Positions 63,247-64,000 of a stretch of DNA of 64,000 nt are shown here, one piece after another. The position numbers and the translations under genes are program-made. The first letter of the stretch is position 1, and each line of letters starts with the position of its first letter. Source of the stretch: Solirubrobacteraceae bacterium (GTDB lineage: Bacteria > Actinomycetota > Thermoleophilia > Solirubrobacterales > Solirubrobacteraceae); the NCBI GenBank assembly GCA_035542555.1, contig DATKLF010000112.1:25487-89486 (forward strand). Direction: 5' to 3'. The notes beneath the pieces are model-generated. The model was not told where the DNA came from, did not search any database, and worked only from the letters and a program-made list of their open reading frames with translations.

Positions 63247-64000
63247 GTGTCCGTCGCCAACCGTTCGGCCCGCGCGCACGTCTCCGGCCTCTCCGAGATC
63301 TACGGCTTCCTGCGCAGCAACCGCAGGCCGATCTACTTCGTCTCGCCGACGCCGTACAACATCCTCGGCGTCGACCAGTGGATCGGAGGGCTGGAGTACG
63401 TCGAGTACTTCGACACGTTCGACGGCCTGCACCCGCACTCGTTCACGCCGCGCCGCGAGGGGCCGCGGGAGTTCGAGTCCTTCGAGTCGGTGAACACCTA
63501 CCTGCTCGGCCACAAGGACGTGATCGACCACGTGCGCGCACGCGGAACCGAGGGCGCGAAAGTCCTGTTCGTGATGTTCGAGGAGGAGACCGAGGCGCTC
63601 GCCGCGGAGCTGGGGCTCGAGATCGCGCTGCCGCCGCGCGAGCTGCGCGAGCACCTGGACTCGAAGATCGTCACGACGCAGCTCGGCGACGCGGCGGGCA
63701 TCGCCTCGGCGCCGAACGTGCTCGGCAGCGCCGGCGGCTACGACGAGCTGCTGGAGCTGGCGCGCGGCGCCGGGCTCGGCGAGGACCTGGTGGTGCAGAC
63801 GCCCTACGGCGACTCCGGGCGCACGACGTTCTTCGTGCGCAGCCGCGAGGACTGGGAGGACTGCGCCGAGGACGTGGCCGGCGAGCAGCTGAAGGTGATG
63901 CGCCGCATCGAGCACGTGCCCGGCACGCTGGAGGCGGTCGCCACGCGGCACGGGACGCTGGTCGGCCCGATCCAGACCGACATCACCGGCTTCGAGCAGC
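63247..64000 (+). CDS. ATP-grasp domain protein, N-terminal part (gene runs off the window end)
   Basis: Absent from the ORF track because there is no stop in the window. My translation from the GTG at 63247 reads VSVANRSARAHVSGLSEIYGFLRSNRRPIYFVSPTPYNILGV...DSKIVTTQLGDAAGIASAPN...LVVQTPYGDSGRTTFFVRSREDWE. GC3 is high. Confidence 0.5.
   Translation, partial: MSVANRSARAHVSGLSEIYGFLRSNRRPIYFVSPTPYNILGVDQWIGGLEYVEYFDTFDGLHPHSFTPRREGPREFESFESVNTYLLGHKDVIDHVRARGTEGAKVLFVMFEEETEALAAELGLEIALPPRELREHLDSKIVTTQLGDAAGIASAPNVLGSAGGYDELLELARGAGLGEDLVVQTPYGDSGRTTFFVRSREDWEDCAEDVAGEQLKVMRRIEHVPGTLEAVATRHGTLVGPIQTDITGFEQ

Overview
The window is a very GC-rich, actinobacterial-type chromosomal core region. 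Gene content and order suggest a deep-branching actinobacterium (Thermoleophilia/Rubrobacteria-like), but that is inference only. I call about 60 protein-coding genes. I see no rRNA or tRNA genes, no transposase or integrase, and no CRISPR array.

The backbone follows the conserved actinobacterial string known from Mycobacterium: tilS-hpt-ftsH-(fol genes)-coaX-dus-greA-lysS-clpC-radA-disA-carD-ispD-ispF-cysS-rlmB. Non-canonical genes sit in defined slots of that string:
- An FAD-monooxygenase plus a CN-hydrolase sit where folE normally is, translationally coupled to folP.
- A thioesterase lies between folB and folK.
- A Zn-ribbon/cyclase/STAND NTPase sits in the lsr2 slot.
- A CDGSH::Cys/Met-PLP fusion and a fasciclin gene lie between clpC and radA.
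- A PHP phosphatase lies between ispD and ispF.
- A Firmicute-type SigH follows rlmB.

The left third carries:
- beta-oxidation genes;
- a sirtuin;
- a roughly 1060-aa four-module peptidoglycan hydrolase with a long leader;
- two PhaF-like phasins flanking a degenerate-Fic protein;
- a MerR::adenylate-cyclase fusion.

The right end is the most accessory-looking part. It has a divergent TetR regulator with twin operators that appears to control a secreted copper module: a Tat-exported two-domain multicopper oxidase, a beta-helix protein, a cupredoxin and a paralogous beta-helix protein. After that come hemolysin-III, an M23-like gene, an amidase, a C45 Ntn-hydrolase and an ATP-grasp gene.

Two families of structured intergenic repeats recur across the window: a 'GATCGTGTGC' hairpin element and a 'CCGAGCGTCCC...GGGACGCTCGG' palindromic element. 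Many genes also show a leaderless-type TAnnnT-N6-8-start geometry.

All calls come from reading the ORF translations and the DNA by eye. Start codons are best guesses, and nothing was searched against databases.
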